64,000 nt of DNA. It comes from Coleofasciculus chthonoplastes F2-STO-03 (GTDB taxonomy: Bacteria > Cyanobacteriota > Cyanobacteriia > Cyanobacteriales > Coleofasciculaceae). The notes beneath the pieces are model-generated. The model made no database searches. It had not been told where the DNA came from and was given only the letters and a program-made list of their open reading frames with translations. Shown here piece after piece: positions 9,483 through 19,414 of this stretch; position 1 is the first letter of the stretch; each line of letters opens with the position of its first letter. The DNA lies in the NCBI GenBank assembly GCA_040222015.1, contig JAVJWO010000192.1, positions 1 to 64,000 on the forward strand, written 5' to 3'. The position numbers were made by a program, and so were the translations under genes.

Positions 9483-10001
9483 ATGACTCAAGAACTAATC
9501 GACCTCAGAACTAGCATCGTAGAAGGACGATATACAGATGCTTTGGCGATTGTAGATGAGCTAGAGGGGATGAGTAAACAAGCAATCCTCCGTAACATTG
9601 AATCGTTTCTCGTCAGGTTGTTGCTTCACTTGATTAAAAACCAAATTGAGCAGCGTTTAACTAATTCCTGGGTCGCTTCAATTTCCGATTCTCTTCGACA
9701 AATTCAAAAATTAAATCTCAAAGCGAATAAAACATCTTACTACATTAAACAAGATGAATGGGAGCCTTTTTTAGAAGAGGCAATTGAGGCGGCAATTCGT
9801 CCGGCGAGTGTGGAAGTTATGGAGGGGGCTTATAATTCCTTTCAACTCTCAGAATTGGTGGATAAAACACAGATAATTATCACGGCTCAGAGGTTGCTCG
9901 ATTTAGCCTATAAACATTCGGCAAAAATGTTACTAGCAATTATTGATGATAATTTAGTTCAACTACCCGGTGGAGAAGAATGGAAAGAGGGTAAACAATA
10001 A
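9483..10001 (+). CDS. DUF29 family protein
   Basis: ELEGMSK..IESFLVRLLLHLIK..SWVASI pattern. Confidence 0.8.
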   Translation: MTQELIDLRTSIVEGRYTDALAIVDELEGMSKQAILRNIESFLVRLLLHLIKNQIEQRLTNSWVASISDSLRQIQKLNLKANKTSYYIKQDEWEPFLEEAIEAAIRPASVEVMEGAYNSFQLSELVDKTQIIITAQRLLDLAYKHSAKMLLAIIDDNLVQLPGGEEWKEGKQ

Positions 10002-10048
10002 TAGTTTTACTAAAAAAATAACGCTGTTTCACTTAGTCAATCACACAT

Positions 10049-10411
10049 TTAAGGTTCTTGCATGACTTCTTCAATCGCAGATGCAATTTCTGCAGCCGCC
10101 ACATCTGCTTGATCAGACTTGGCGTAAATGAGTAGTAGCAAGACACATTGCGGCGACACTAACTGATAAATCAAGCGATACCCACCACTTTTGCCGGCGG
10201 GAATATCACTATTCTTTGCCCGCACCTTGAAAACAACATAGTTTGTCCCAGCAATCTGAGCGCCAACAAAATTCCCAGCCTGAAGTTCATCAATTATGGG
10301 TTGAATATCCTTACGAATCTGACGATAACGCTTGGAGAGGGATTTCAGCCGACGCTTAAACTGCAACGTAAATCGAACCTCAACAGCCGAATTTTCAGAC
10401 ATCAATTCCAT
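10049..10411 (-). CDS. RelE/ParE-family type II toxin
   Basis: FKVRAKNSD..GKSGGYRLIY..LLIYAKSDQAD. Confidence 0.88.
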   Translation of the reverse strand: MELMSENSAVEVRFTLQFKRRLKSLSKRYRQIRKDIQPIIDELQAGNFVGAQIAGTNYVVFKVRAKNSDIPAGKSGGYRLIYQLVSPQCVLLLLIYAKSDQADVAAAEIASAIEEVMQEP

Positions 10412-10649
10412 CCCATAATTCAGAGATAGGGAACGTTTGCCCTGCGTTCACATGACGAAGGGAATCCTTCAAATCTGCTAGAATTTGCTCATTAGGTTCT
10501 GCTTCATCAATTTGTCCAAGCTCATTGGCAAAAGCTTGCAAGGATTTCAGAAGCTCTTCCCAAACATTCAGAGGAACTAATACGCCCGTTGTTTCACCAT
10601 GAGCATTGGTGACATATTGCACCAGCTCACGAACCTCCGCAATCGTCAT
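10395..10649 (-). CDS. Putative cognate antitoxin
   Basis: Small acidic ORF overlapping the toxin start, ending GQTFPISELWDGIDV; GAGGA precedes ATG 10649. Confidence 0.75.
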   Translation of the reverse strand: MTIAEVRELVQYVTNAHGETTGVLVPLNVWEELLKSLQAFANELGQIDEAEPNEQILADLKDSLRHVNAGQTFPISELWDGIDV

Positions 10650-10820
10650 TTCACTATCCTCACCGCTACACATAAATGATAGCAATCTGGTTCTCCTGTG
10701 CGGTACAACCAACTGTAGGGGCGCAAGGCTTACCATTCAACTTAAGCTAAAAAACTCCCATACCTAGAGACAGACCCCTCCCTGACTCTCCCCTTGCCAT
10801 GGGGAGGGAATAACGGAACA

Positions 10821-10859
10821 TAACTTGAAAGCCTGTTCTTTGAGTTCTTGTAACGACAT
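10821..10859 (-). pseudogene. N-terminal stub of a small antitoxin-like protein (MSLQELKEQAFKL)
   Basis: GGAG SD, ATG and 13 codons, then the frame runs into a palindromic repeat. Confidence 0.4.
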
Positions 10860-11028
10860 GGGAATGACTCCAGCTTTCTACAGATGCCAGTCATTATATA
10901 GCGATTTCCAGTCTGATGCGGTACTTTGGTAAGGGCGTAAGCCTAGATCCCCTACATTCAGGTGTACGAGTTTTGTTGCTCAATTATCGGCTTTTAAGGG
11001 CGGGTTTTGTTGCTCAATTATCGGTTTT

Positions 11029-11325
11029 TTAGTTAGATTTAGTCCCTAAACCCGCCCCTACAATTGGAGAGATAGAAATGTTTAAGATTGTAATGGATAC
11101 TAAATCGTCTGGGTTGTAGTGAAGGTAAGCCTGGTGGGTTTTGAGAAATTCATCAACTGCCCAACGGGAGGGGAGTTTGAGGAGTTGTCCAACCTGAAAG
11201 TGGGTAATGCGTTCGGTGCGGTAGGTTTCGATGACTAGGAGTTCGAGTAGATGACGCTGCAACTGATCGGGTGTTTCGGTAAGTTGCTCGGTGATTTCAT
11301 CAGGGATATCGATTGTAATTTGCAT
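11029..11325 (-). CDS. UPF0175 family protein, C-terminus replaced by repeat-derived sequence
   Basis: MQITIDIPD..SRWAVDEFLK..YLHY pattern; tail VGAGLG is read from a REP arm. Confidence 0.7.
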   Translation of the reverse strand: MQITIDIPDEITEQLTETPDQLQRHLLELLVIETYRTERITHFQVGQLLKLPSRWAVDEFLKTHQAYLHYNPDDLVSITILNISISPIVGAGLGTKSN

Positions 11326-11520
11326 CGTGACTCTCCTCAATATCTCATGCTAATTCGTTGTAGATTTGCTGTCACTGACTCGGTTTGTCAAACCCACACT
11401 CTCCACTAATCATAACTTTTACCTAACGCCATTGTTAGCCTGTTGGGTTTCGTTCCTCAACCCAACCTACTTGCTTATCTCATGTTAAACCGTTGTAGAT
11501 TTTTATCCTCTACTTTTCCC

Positions 11521-12516
11521 TCAAATCGGCAAATCCCGTCGAGGATTAAACCGTTCTATTTCTAACAATTTCTCATACAGTTCCTTCGCTTGCGGACTTG
11601 GTGTTTTCGGCACGACAATTTGAATTTCAACTAACTGATCACCCCGTTCCCCTTCTCTCGGATACCCCTTATTCGCGAGGCGTAATCGTTGACCGGATTG
11701 CACCCCCGCCGGAATATTCATTTTCACGCGCCCATCCAGAGTCGGTACGTCTACAGGAGTTCCTAAAACGGCTTCGGCTGCTGTCACAGGTAACTGGCAA
11801 ATAATATCTGACCCTCTCAGCTTGAAGAACGGATGGGGCGAAACCGTAATAATTAAAAATAAATCTCCACCAGCGATGCCTTGACTCTTGAGGCGAACTC
11901 GCTGATTTGTGACCATATTTCCGGGTAATTCAACTTCTAAAGATCGACCATCTTCGAGGCGAATTCGCTCAATTCCCCCGGTATAGGCTTTTTCTAACGG
12001 CAATGTTAATCGCGCCTCTACATTTTTCGGCTGAGCGCTAGAATTAACTCGATAAGCAGTTTTCCGGGTGCCAGGACGAAACGAATCTGAGGACTCAACT
12101 CGTCCCCCTGTCCGTTCCGTTCCCATACCAGGACGAGGCGGACGGCGTCCTAGAAGTTGTTCAACAAAGCTGTTAAAATCGCCAAACTCACTATAGTCCA
12201 CTTCTTGGCTAGAAGTACGCCCCCGACCATTACGGGAGAAGGTGGTTTTCACTGGACTGGTTTTCGCCGCCTTACGGGTAAATCCTTTCTTCTTAAAGAA
12301 GTTGCCAACCTGATCATACTGCGATCGCCGACTGGGATCAGACAGAACTTCGTTGGCTTCGTTAATATCCTTAAACCGTTCCTCAGCCTGTTTATCCTCT
12401 GGATTCACATCCGGGTGATATTTACGGGCGAGTCGCCGAAATGCCTTTTTTATCTCATCATTGGATGCATCGGGGGTAACTCCTAAAATCTCGTAATAAT
12501 TCCGAAAGTTTTGCAT
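11521..12516 (-). CDS. dnaJ: DnaJ-class chaperone without zinc finger (DnaJ3/CbpA type)
   Basis: J domain with HPD, DnaJ C-terminal domain, downstream of dnaK. Confidence 0.93.
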   Translation of the reverse strand: MQNFRNYYEILGVTPDASNDEIKKAFRRLARKYHPDVNPEDKQAEERFKDINEANEVLSDPSRRSQYDQVGNFFKKKGFTRKAAKTSPVKTTFSRNGRGRTSSQEVDYSEFGDFNSFVEQLLGRRPPRPGMGTERTGGRVESSDSFRPGTRKTAYRVNSSAQPKNVEARLTLPLEKAYTGGIERIRLEDGRSLEVELPGNMVTNQRVRLKSQGIAGGDLFLIITVSPHPFFKLRGSDIICQLPVTAAEAVLGTPVDVPTLDGRVKMNIPAGVQSGQRLRLANKGYPREGERGDQLVEIQIVVPKTPSPQAKELYEKLLEIERFNPRRDLPI

Positions 12517-12524
12517 TGTCGTTA

Positions 12525-12573
12525 GTCATTGGTCATTGGTCATTGGTCATTGGTCATTGGTCATTGGTCATTG
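12525..12573. repeat. STRR heptamer (GTCATTG)x7
   Basis: Seven direct copies. Confidence 0.95.
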
Positions 12574-12599
12574 GTCAAATAGTTCTTGCAATTAAAGAC

Positions 12600-12664
12600 A
12601 GGGCGGGTTTTGCAGCCAAGCTAGGGACAACAATCAATATATTATTCCCTAAACCCGCCCCTAC
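12600..12664. repeat. REP-like palindrome GGGCGGGTTT...AAACCCGCCCCTAC
   Basis: Same arms also near 10998-11060, 18571-18688, 55779-55838 and 56842-56904. Confidence 0.85.
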
Positions 12665-12698
12665 ACACAGACGTGTCATGCTACGCCTGGAATACTAT

Positions 12699-13135
12699 GT
12701 GAACTACCCACACTAACCCTCCGGGTATAGTGTAGGCTTCGCGTCTCATTCGCCGATGCCTCTAGCAAGAAGTTGCCTTTGGTCTTACTCAGCATCTCTG
12801 GCTGGAATCCAGCCTTTATCTCCGAGAGTTGGAGAACCCGCGCAGCCGCCCTGGTTCCCAAGGCAGAAATGTGAGAGCTTGTAGAGTTTTCCGATTTTAC
12901 GGGCAGATCGACATGGACATCTAGATCCAGGGGTTTCTCTGATTCCCTAGTCTCAGCCGAGTACTTTTACCCATACAGGTAGCCTCTTAGTCCGCTAGGT
13001 GGGTCAACGACCAATCTAGATTGTGCCACAAATTGCTTGGTACGTCAGGATAAAATGGGAACAAGTTCCCTCTGAATGGCGATTCATCTCGCCGCTAACC
13101 CTTCGGGTATAGCGGGAGACTTCTCGCCGAACGAG
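12699..13135 (-). mobile_element. Non-autonomous IS200/IS605-family element (437 bp)
   Basis: Shared subterminal hairpin core CTAACCCT(C/T)CGGGTATAG near both ends; left end follows TTTAA, right end ends TTCAC; no TSD; no intact tnpA/tnpB. Confidence 0.8.
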
Positions 13136-15202
13136 TTAAAACCAATCATCATCCTCTTCATCCCAATCATTTTCTAAGGGGGCGGAACGGACATCGCGAC
13201 GGGAATAGGTTTTCTCTATATCGCGATCGCGTCGGCGACTGGATCGACCTGTCCCTACACCATAATTGTATGGGTCACGGGATTCACGGGGTTCACGCCG
13301 TTTGGGTTCCCAATAGGCGTCCTCTTCGTCTTCTCCAGTGAAGACACGACGAATTGAGCCAAAAAAGTCATCATCCTCATCTTCGGCGTAAGCTAACCGT
13401 ACCTCCCGTTTGAGTTCATAGATGGTATCTTGTAAATCCGATTGCGCCCGGTCAATCCCCCGGTCATCATTTTGCGCGATCGCGTCTCGTAGTTCCAGCA
13501 CCAACGCTTCAATCCGCCGCCGATACGCACTGGCAAATTGGGTGCCAAAATCCAGCGTAATTTCTTTGAGTTGACGTTCCGCATCCGTCGCCATGGTTTC
13601 GGCGCGATTGCGCTTTTCTACCCGTTCCCGCCGTTGACGATCCAGTTGGGCATTTTCCTCGGCGTCGCGAATCATCTGTTGCACTTGCGACTCATTTAGG
13701 GTCGATGCGCCTTGGATTGTCACACTTTGCTCCCGCCCCGTAGTTTTATCCAAGGCGGTTACCTGTAAAATCCCATTGGCGTCAATATCAAACGCCACTT
13801 GCACTTGGGGAACACCGCGAGGCGCAGGCGGAATCCCGGTCAGCTTAAATCGTCCCAGGGATTTGTTATCATTTGCCATTTCCCGTTCCCCTTGCAGGAC
13901 ATGAATTTCTACGAGGGTTTGATTATTTTCGCTGGTAGAAAAGATATCGGATCGCCGCACCGGGATAGTCGTATTCCGGGGGATCAACTTTTTCATCACC
14001 CCACCAATGGTTTCCAATCCCATCGATAACGGCGTCACATCCAGCAACAGCACATCCTTGACTTCATTACTCAGGATACCCGCTTGAATTGCCGCCCCAA
14101 CCGCTACCACTTCATCAGGATTCACATTTTGATTCGGTTCTTTGTCAATTAAACTCCGCACCAATTGCAGAACTAAGGGAATGCGAGTCGAACCCCCAAC
14201 CAAAACCACCTCATCAATTTGTACAGGCGTCAATCCCGCATCTTTGAAGGCGCGTTTTAGGGGACGACGCAAACGACTCACTAATTCTCCACACAATCCC
14301 TCAAACTGGGGACGAGTCAGTCGGGTTTCCAGATGCTTAGGTCCCTCAGCGGTGGCGGTGATAAAGGGTAAATTAATCTCCGTCACTCCCACCCCGGAAA
14401 GCTCAATCTTGGCTTTTTCCGCAGCTTCCATCAATCGCTGGAGGGCTTGGCGATCGCGGCGTAAATCCACGCCTTCGGTTTCGAGGAACTGTTCAGCTAG
14501 CCAATCCACAATTTTGCGGTCAAAATCATTTCCCCCCAATTGGGTATCCCCACTGGTGGCTTTAACCTCAAAAACACCATCTCCCACATCTAGAATCGAG
14601 ACATCAAACGTACCACCGCCCAAATCAAAGACTAAAATCGTCTGACTGTTTTCCCGATCCAACCCATACGCCAAGGATGCGGCTGTGGGTTCATTGAGAA
14701 TTCGCAACACCTCCAAACCCGCAATCCGCCCCGCATCTCGCGTCGCCTGCCGTTGGGAATCATTAAAATAGGCGGGAACCGTAATCACCGCCCCCGTCAC
14801 CTCTTCACCCAGATAGCGAGTCGCCTCATCCGCCAACTTCCGCAGTACCATCGCCGAAATCTCTTCCGGGAAAAATTCCTGCTTCAGACGGGGACAGCGA
14901 ATTTTAATCGCGTCTTCTGGATCACGGCGAATCGTATAGGGAACGCGCTTAGACTCAGGATTGAGTTCACTATATCGACGCCCCACAAAGCGTTTAATTC
15001 CATAAAACGTATTTTGGGGATTGAGAACCCCTTGGCGACGTGCCATTTGTCCGACTAAGCGTTCCCCCTCCTTACTAAACGCCACCACAGAAGGGGTTGT
15101 CCGCATACCTTCTGCATTAGCAATGACAACCGGCTTGCCACCCTCCATGACGGCTACCACAGAGTTTGTTGTCCCTAGGTCAATGCCGACTACCTTGCCC
15201 AT
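13136..15202 (-). CDS. dnaK: Molecular chaperone DnaK (DnaK3 type)
   Basis: [17 protein letters not shown]; acidic C-terminal WDEEDDDWF motif of cyanobacterial DnaK3. Confidence 0.97.
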   Translation of the reverse strand: MGKVVGIDLGTTNSVVAVMEGGKPVVIANAEGMRTTPSVVAFSKEGERLVGQMARRQGVLNPQNTFYGIKRFVGRRYSELNPESKRVPYTIRRDPEDAIKIRCPRLKQEFFPEEISAMVLRKLADEATRYLGEEVTGAVITVPAYFNDSQRQATRDAGRIAGLEVLRILNEPTAASLAYGLDRENSQTILVFDLGGGTFDVSILDVGDGVFEVKATSGDTQLGGNDFDRKIVDWLAEQFLETEGVDLRRDRQALQRLMEAAEKAKIELSGVGVTEINLPFITATAEGPKHLETRLTRPQFEGLCGELVSRLRRPLKRAFKDAGLTPVQIDEVVLVGGSTRIPLVLQLVRSLIDKEPNQNVNPDEVVAVGAAIQAGILSNEVKDVLLLDVTPLSMGLETIGGVMKKLIPRNTTIPVRRSDIFSTSENNQTLVEIHVLQGEREMANDNKSLGRFKLTGIPPAPRGVPQVQVAFDIDANGILQVTALDKTTGREQSVTIQGASTLNESQVQQMIRDAEENAQLDRQRRERVEKRNRAETMATDAERQLKEITLDFGTQFASAYRRRIEALVLELRDAIAQNDDRGIDRAQSDLQDTIYELKREVRLAYAEDEDDDFFGSIRRVFTGEDEEDAYWEPKRREPRESRDPYNYGVGTGRSSRRRDRDIEKTYSRRDVRSAPLENDWDEEDDDWF

Positions 15203-15542
15203 GCGTACTTTTGTCTCCTCTCGCTGTTAATGCCAAATCGCTATATACAATAACTTTAGAGATTTTAATGGATACTTGACCAGAGGCAGTGCGATCGCTG
15301 GTCATTTTACCCATTGTATCGTGAGGAAGACGGGGAGCGGAGGGGTTCCAAGGGCAGGGGGAGCAATGTAGAAACTAGGCATGCCTAGTCTGGGAGCAGG
15401 GCAAGATACAAAACCGCAATAAACATTGGGTATCGCTGACGCTCCACCCAACCTACGATAGGTCTATCATAACCAAGGCGCGATCGCGTTGCTTCACTAG
15501 AATTGAGTAATAAATTGCTGTCTCACCTTGCAGGCACTCCAA

Positions 15543-16103
15543 ATGGTACAAGCACTCTCCCAACCCCTAACATTACCAGAGTTTCTGCAACTGCCAGAAA
15601 CCAAACCCGCCAGTGAATATATCAATGGAGAAATCATACAAAAGCCTATGCCCAAGGGACGACATAGCCGCTTGCAAGGAAAATTCTGCGCCACTATCAA
15701 TCAAGTTGCAGAGGAGGCAAAAATCGCCTATGCTTTTCCAGAATTAAGATGTAGTTTTGGTGTACGATCCATCGTTCCAGATGTTGCAGTTTTTCAGTGG
15801 GAACGTATCCCTTTCACGGCTGAAGGTAACGTTCCCGATAACTTTGACCTTCCCCCAGATTGGACTATAGAAATTATTTCCCCCGAACAACGACCCAACA
15901 AAGTGTTGGGAAATATCCTTTATTGTCTAGAATATGGGAGTCGCTTAGGTTGGTTTGTTGACCCAGACGATCTCAGCATTTTGTGCCTACAACCGCAGCA
16001 GCAACCTGTATTATGTCAGGGAGAACAAGCCCTTCCCGTTTTGCCCGATCTAAAATTAACCCTCACCGTCAACCAGGTGTTTGATTGGTTAAAAATGGGG
16101 TAA
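15543..16103 (+). CDS. Uma2 family endonuclease
   Basis: EYINGEIIQKPMP..HS, VPDVAVF, PDWTIEIISP. Confidence 0.92.
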   Translation: MVQALSQPLTLPEFLQLPETKPASEYINGEIIQKPMPKGRHSRLQGKFCATINQVAEEAKIAYAFPELRCSFGVRSIVPDVAVFQWERIPFTAEGNVPDNFDLPPDWTIEIISPEQRPNKVLGNILYCLEYGSRLGWFVDPDDLSILCLQPQQQPVLCQGEQALPVLPDLKLTLTVNQVFDWLKMG

Positions 16104-16282
16104 TCCGTTTTGATTCATAGACGATGGTGATAGCTTTGTAGCGTTGTAGCGTTGTAGCATTGTAGGTTGGGTTGAGGCACGAAACCCAACATTCCATCAT
16201 GCCATAAACTTTGCTATGCCATTGGTGGTGCTCTGTTTAAAGATCTTAAACTAATACCCAAAATGATCCGGCTGTTTATTCC

Positions 16283-16392
16283 CTTAAGATGAATGCCACT
16301 GACTGGTATGTTGGTGGGCAATGCCCACCCTACGGTATATCAAAGGTTTCGGTGATTCCCTAATGCAAATTTTCAGTGCCATTCCCCTTAAG
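16283..16392. repeat. 110-bp MITE-like element (CTTAAG ends, internal GGGCAATGCCCACCCTAC)
   Basis: Related 110-bp copy at 51891-52000 and inverted variant at ~63578-63683. Confidence 0.8.
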
Positions 16393-16439
16393 ATAGATAC
16401 AAGCCAAATCAAGCTGACCCATGGATGGGATCAATAACA

Positions 16440-17063
16440 ATGGTTGCGATCGCAAAAAAAATCCTGACATTCGAGGAATTTCTCAACTGGGATGACGGCT
16501 CCGGTAGGTCATTCGAGCTTTTCCAAGGAGTTGCTATGCCCCTCAGTGAACCCACAGCCAAACATGAAGACGTTGTTGATGGGCTTTGTCGTCTCCTGAA
16601 CAACCACTGCCAAGGCTTGAATCTGCCTTATATTCCCCGTCAGAGCAAACAAGTCCGGTTGAATAACGTCCCCGGTGAAAATGAGTCGAGTCGTAAAGCT
16701 GATATTGTCGTATTCACCAAAGAAGAATGGCAAAGAATGCGTCAAACTTCAGCATCTGCGGCAGCATACATACCACCACCCCTGGTTATTGAAGTTGTTA
16801 GCACTAATTGGCGGGATGATTACCGGATTAAATTAAATGAATACGAAACACTAGGAATTCTGGAATACTGGATCGTTGATTATGCCGGATTGGGAGGAAT
16901 TCAATATATTGGATCTCCTAAACAACCCACTGTAACGATCAATCGTTTAATTGACGATGAATACCAGGCAGTACGATATCAAGGAGACGTGAAAATTATG
17001 TCCCCCCTGTTTCCTCTGTTAGAACTAACAACGCTTCAAATTGTGGCTATGACACAAGAGTAA
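16440..17063 (+). CDS. Uma2 family endonuclease
   Basis: LTFEEFL, LVIEVVS, GILEYWIVD. Confidence 0.92.
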   Translation: MVAIAKKILTFEEFLNWDDGSGRSFELFQGVAMPLSEPTAKHEDVVDGLCRLLNNHCQGLNLPYIPRQSKQVRLNNVPGENESSRKADIVVFTKEEWQRMRQTSASAAAYIPPPLVIEVVSTNWRDDYRIKLNEYETLGILEYWIVDYAGLGGIQYIGSPKQPTVTINRLIDDEYQAVRYQGDVKIMSPLFPLLELTTLQIVAMTQE

Positions 17064-17153
17064 TGAGTGCGAGCGATCACCTTGCCACTGGCGCTAGAGC
17101 GATATAGTTCGTTACCTGAGTTCGATATCAGCAAATTAGCTATAAACCTCTTT

Positions 17154-17222
17154 AGACATCTCCAGAAATGAGATCTTGACCTAGACAGCGTAAGGCTTTC
17201 AGATTCTTTTTTGGAGATGTCT
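17154..17222. repeat. Miniature inverted-repeat element
   Basis: Perfect 11-bp inverted repeat AGACATCTCCA...TGGAGATGTCT. Confidence 0.65.
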
Positions 17223-17279
17223 TTTGAGAAAGACTTACAGAAATTTATACCCCATCCGATAGTTCTCAATTAGCGACAA

Positions 17280-17481
17280 TTATTGCGAATTATCGGCATG
17301 GAAAATCTGGTTTACCGTTAATTCCCACTCTGGGAATGTGGGATACTGAATGCTTCCCTCTCGGTTTTGGCATCTCGACAATCACCCCGCGTCTCAATTC
17401 ATAGCGGTTCTCTGAAATCTGTGGATACCAATCCAGGAATTGATCGATTGAGACTGGTGTTTTATCAATCACTGCAATCAT
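17280..17481 (-). pseudogene. Uma2 remnant with internal deletion and frameshift
   Basis: N-terminal RYELRRGVIVEMPKPRGKHS followed at once, in another frame, by C-terminal IQYPTFPEWELTVNQIF. Confidence 0.8.
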
Positions 17482-17536
17482 GGCGATCGCTTCTCCTTTG
17501 GTTCCATGAGAGTCAACTCAATTACAGTGTAACAGA

Positions 17537-17598
17537 GGGCGACCCGACCAAATTGAGACGACGAACGTTGTTGACTTATACAAGCGGGTCGCCCCTAC
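17537..17598. repeat. REP-like palindrome GGGCGACCCG...CGGGTCGCCCCTAC
   Basis: Second copy at ~51510-51570. Confidence 0.8.
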
Positions 17599-17733
17599 AA
17601 GCGCCGATATTACCAATGATACCAAATCCGTTAGCTACCCCCGTTATAATTTAGTCCGCACAGGCGGACTTTGTTTGTGTAGCAGCGATTTCAATCGCCT
17701 CCTCAAAAGGGGGTTATGAAGGCGGATTGGGTA

Positions 17734-17761
17734 TGACCAATGACCAATGACCAATGACCAA
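17734..17761. repeat. STRR heptamer (TGACCAA)x4
   Basis: Four direct copies; reverse complement of the 12525 unit. Confidence 0.9.
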
Positions 17762-17766
17762 ATAAG

Positions 17767-19371
17767 CTAAATCCAAGAACGGAACCACATTCGCAGTTGA
17801 TGACCCCCAGGAGATAGAGGTAATCCTAAATAAATCGGCAACCAAAAGACAAATGCCAACAGAATTAAACTAATCACCGTTATCGCTGCAATTTGCCACG
17901 ATTCTTGCTCTCGATGTAGCCAACGGTCAATTAGCCAAGCTAACCCTAACCCGGAAAACACAGAAGCTCCCATATAGTGGTATAAAAATGTACAGCGACT
18001 GACCCCAATCCAAGGTAATAACTGAGCCAACCAGTTAAGCCCTAAATAGAGACTAATATAATTCACCGTTGTCGGCGGAAAATATCCATGTATTCCTGAC
18101 CAAAGACGCTGTAGCAACAGCAATAGTAACAATAAAATTGCTGCTGTTGACAGCCACCAAAGGATAGGATTTCCCATCGCATGGACATCATAGATCACCT
18201 GACCATATCCTTTGGGTAACGGTGGGTAAGCCGGGACTTGTTCACGGGTACTCTGGGCAGTTTGGTAAAAGTAAGCCACAGGTCGCAGCATAATCAGCCA
18301 AGTGTACCATTTTGAACAGTAGGGATGAACCTCTGGTCCGCTACCGATTTTTTCGTGAAAGGTCAAAATTCTATAGTGGGCTTCCCAAAATCCGGGTTGG
18401 GGATTCATGATTAGGTGGGGAATCCAAAGCAAGCTATAGGTTAACGCCGGAATTATGGCAAAATTTACTAAGAATTGAATCCCGTTTAATTGAGTTAGAT
18501 TAACTAAGGAAGTTTTAAGTGTTGAGTTTTGAGTGTTGACCCTACGCTTCGCTGGAGGACATGATTTGTCGGGGCGGGTTTCACGACTATCGTCTCTTTT
18601 TGACCTAGATACAAATAAACCCGCCCCAACCCAATCACGACTATCGTCTCGTTTTGATCCTGATACAAATAAACCCGCCCCAACCCAAGGTTTAAATTTT
18701 GAACCCTCTCTTCTCCACTGAAGCAGCAAAGCCATCCCCCACAGGAGATAAAGCCCGAATAAAAACCATAAACCATTCCATTTAATACAAGCAGAGGCGC
18801 CGAAACAAGCACCCGATAATGCCAAAATTATCCAGCGTTTTGACTGAGATTGACTGAGTGCGATTAACAAACATAAATTCCCCAATAATCCTAAAATAAC
18901 CAAATAGACATTATTCAGTGCGTAGCGAGACTCAACTAAAAATAGACCATCCGCCCCGGCTAACAAGGCGGCGATTAACGCATAGCTGCGACGCCGATTA
19001 AGCTGATAGGCAATTCCGGCGACAACTAAGGGGATAAACGAACCCGTGAGCGCATTCAGCCAACGGTAACTCCATGTCGATCGCAATGAACCCGCCAAAC
19101 CATTCATGGACTGCTGATCCCAGGGAAAATGAGAACCCAGCCACATTCCGATCGCGATAATATATTGACTCAAGGGGGGATGGGCATTGAAAAAGTCTGT
19201 TCCGGTTAAGTAATTATTGGCAAATTTGGCATAATATACCTCATCAAATACCAGCGTATTAAATCGACCCAATCCCCAAAATCGGATCAGGGCTGAGGCT
19301 AAAAAAATAGCGATTAATCCAAGACGAAACCAATACTTTGATAACTGATATAATTTATGATTCCCAATCAT
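17767..19371 (-). CDS. PMT-type lipid-carrier-dependent glycosyltransferase (protein O-mannosyltransferase-like)
   Basis: LVFDEVYY, AHPPL, HPYCSKWYTW, FLYHY; multi-TM. Confidence 0.88.
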   Translation of the reverse strand: MIGNHKLYQLSKYWFRLGLIAIFLASALIRFWGLGRFNTLVFDEVYYAKFANNYLTGTDFFNAHPPLSQYIIAIGMWLGSHFPWDQQSMNGLAGSLRSTWSYRWLNALTGSFIPLVVAGIAYQLNRRRSYALIAALLAGADGLFLVESRYALNNVYLVILGLLGNLCLLIALSQSQSKRWIILALSGACFGASACIKWNGLWFLFGLYLLWGMALLLQWRREGSKFKPWVGAGLFVSGSKRDDSRDWVGAGLFVSRSKRDDSRETRPDKSCPPAKRRVNTQNSTLKTSLVNLTQLNGIQFLVNFAIIPALTYSLLWIPHLIMNPQPGFWEAHYRILTFHEKIGSGPEVHPYCSKWYTWLIMLRPVAYFYQTAQSTREQVPAYPPLPKGYGQVIYDVHAMGNPILWWLSTAAILLLLLLLLQRLWSGIHGYFPPTTVNYISLYLGLNWLAQLLPWIGVSRCTFLYHYMGASVFSGLGLAWLIDRWLHREQESWQIAAITVISLILLAFVFWLPIYLGLPLSPGGHQLRMWFRSWI

Positions 19372-19414
19372 ATAATACTAATGGCTAAATCTTAGGGCAT
19401 CTCAGGCAACACTT

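Noticed and set aside
10971..11025. 20-bp direct repeat TTTTGTTGCTCAATTATCGG x2
   Set aside because: Local duplication within a REP element; no array
11341..11503. Two ~27-bp direct repeats containing GTTGTAGAT (11341-11367, 11477-11503), reminiscent of Cas12a repeat ends
   Set aside because: Only two imperfect copies, ~109-bp interval containing a REP-like hairpin, no cas genes; not a CRISPR array
12516..12716. ORF with SLVIGHW repeats
   Set aside because: Translation of the STRR heptamer and REP; the same applies to GNREQGT in 54243..54464
12676..12861. 61-aa ORF inside the IS605-like element
   Set aside because: TTG start, no motif, crosses the element boundary; better explained as right-end non-coding sequence
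14142..14645. 167-aa ORF antisense to dnaK
   Set aside because: Typical antisense open frame of hsp70 genes
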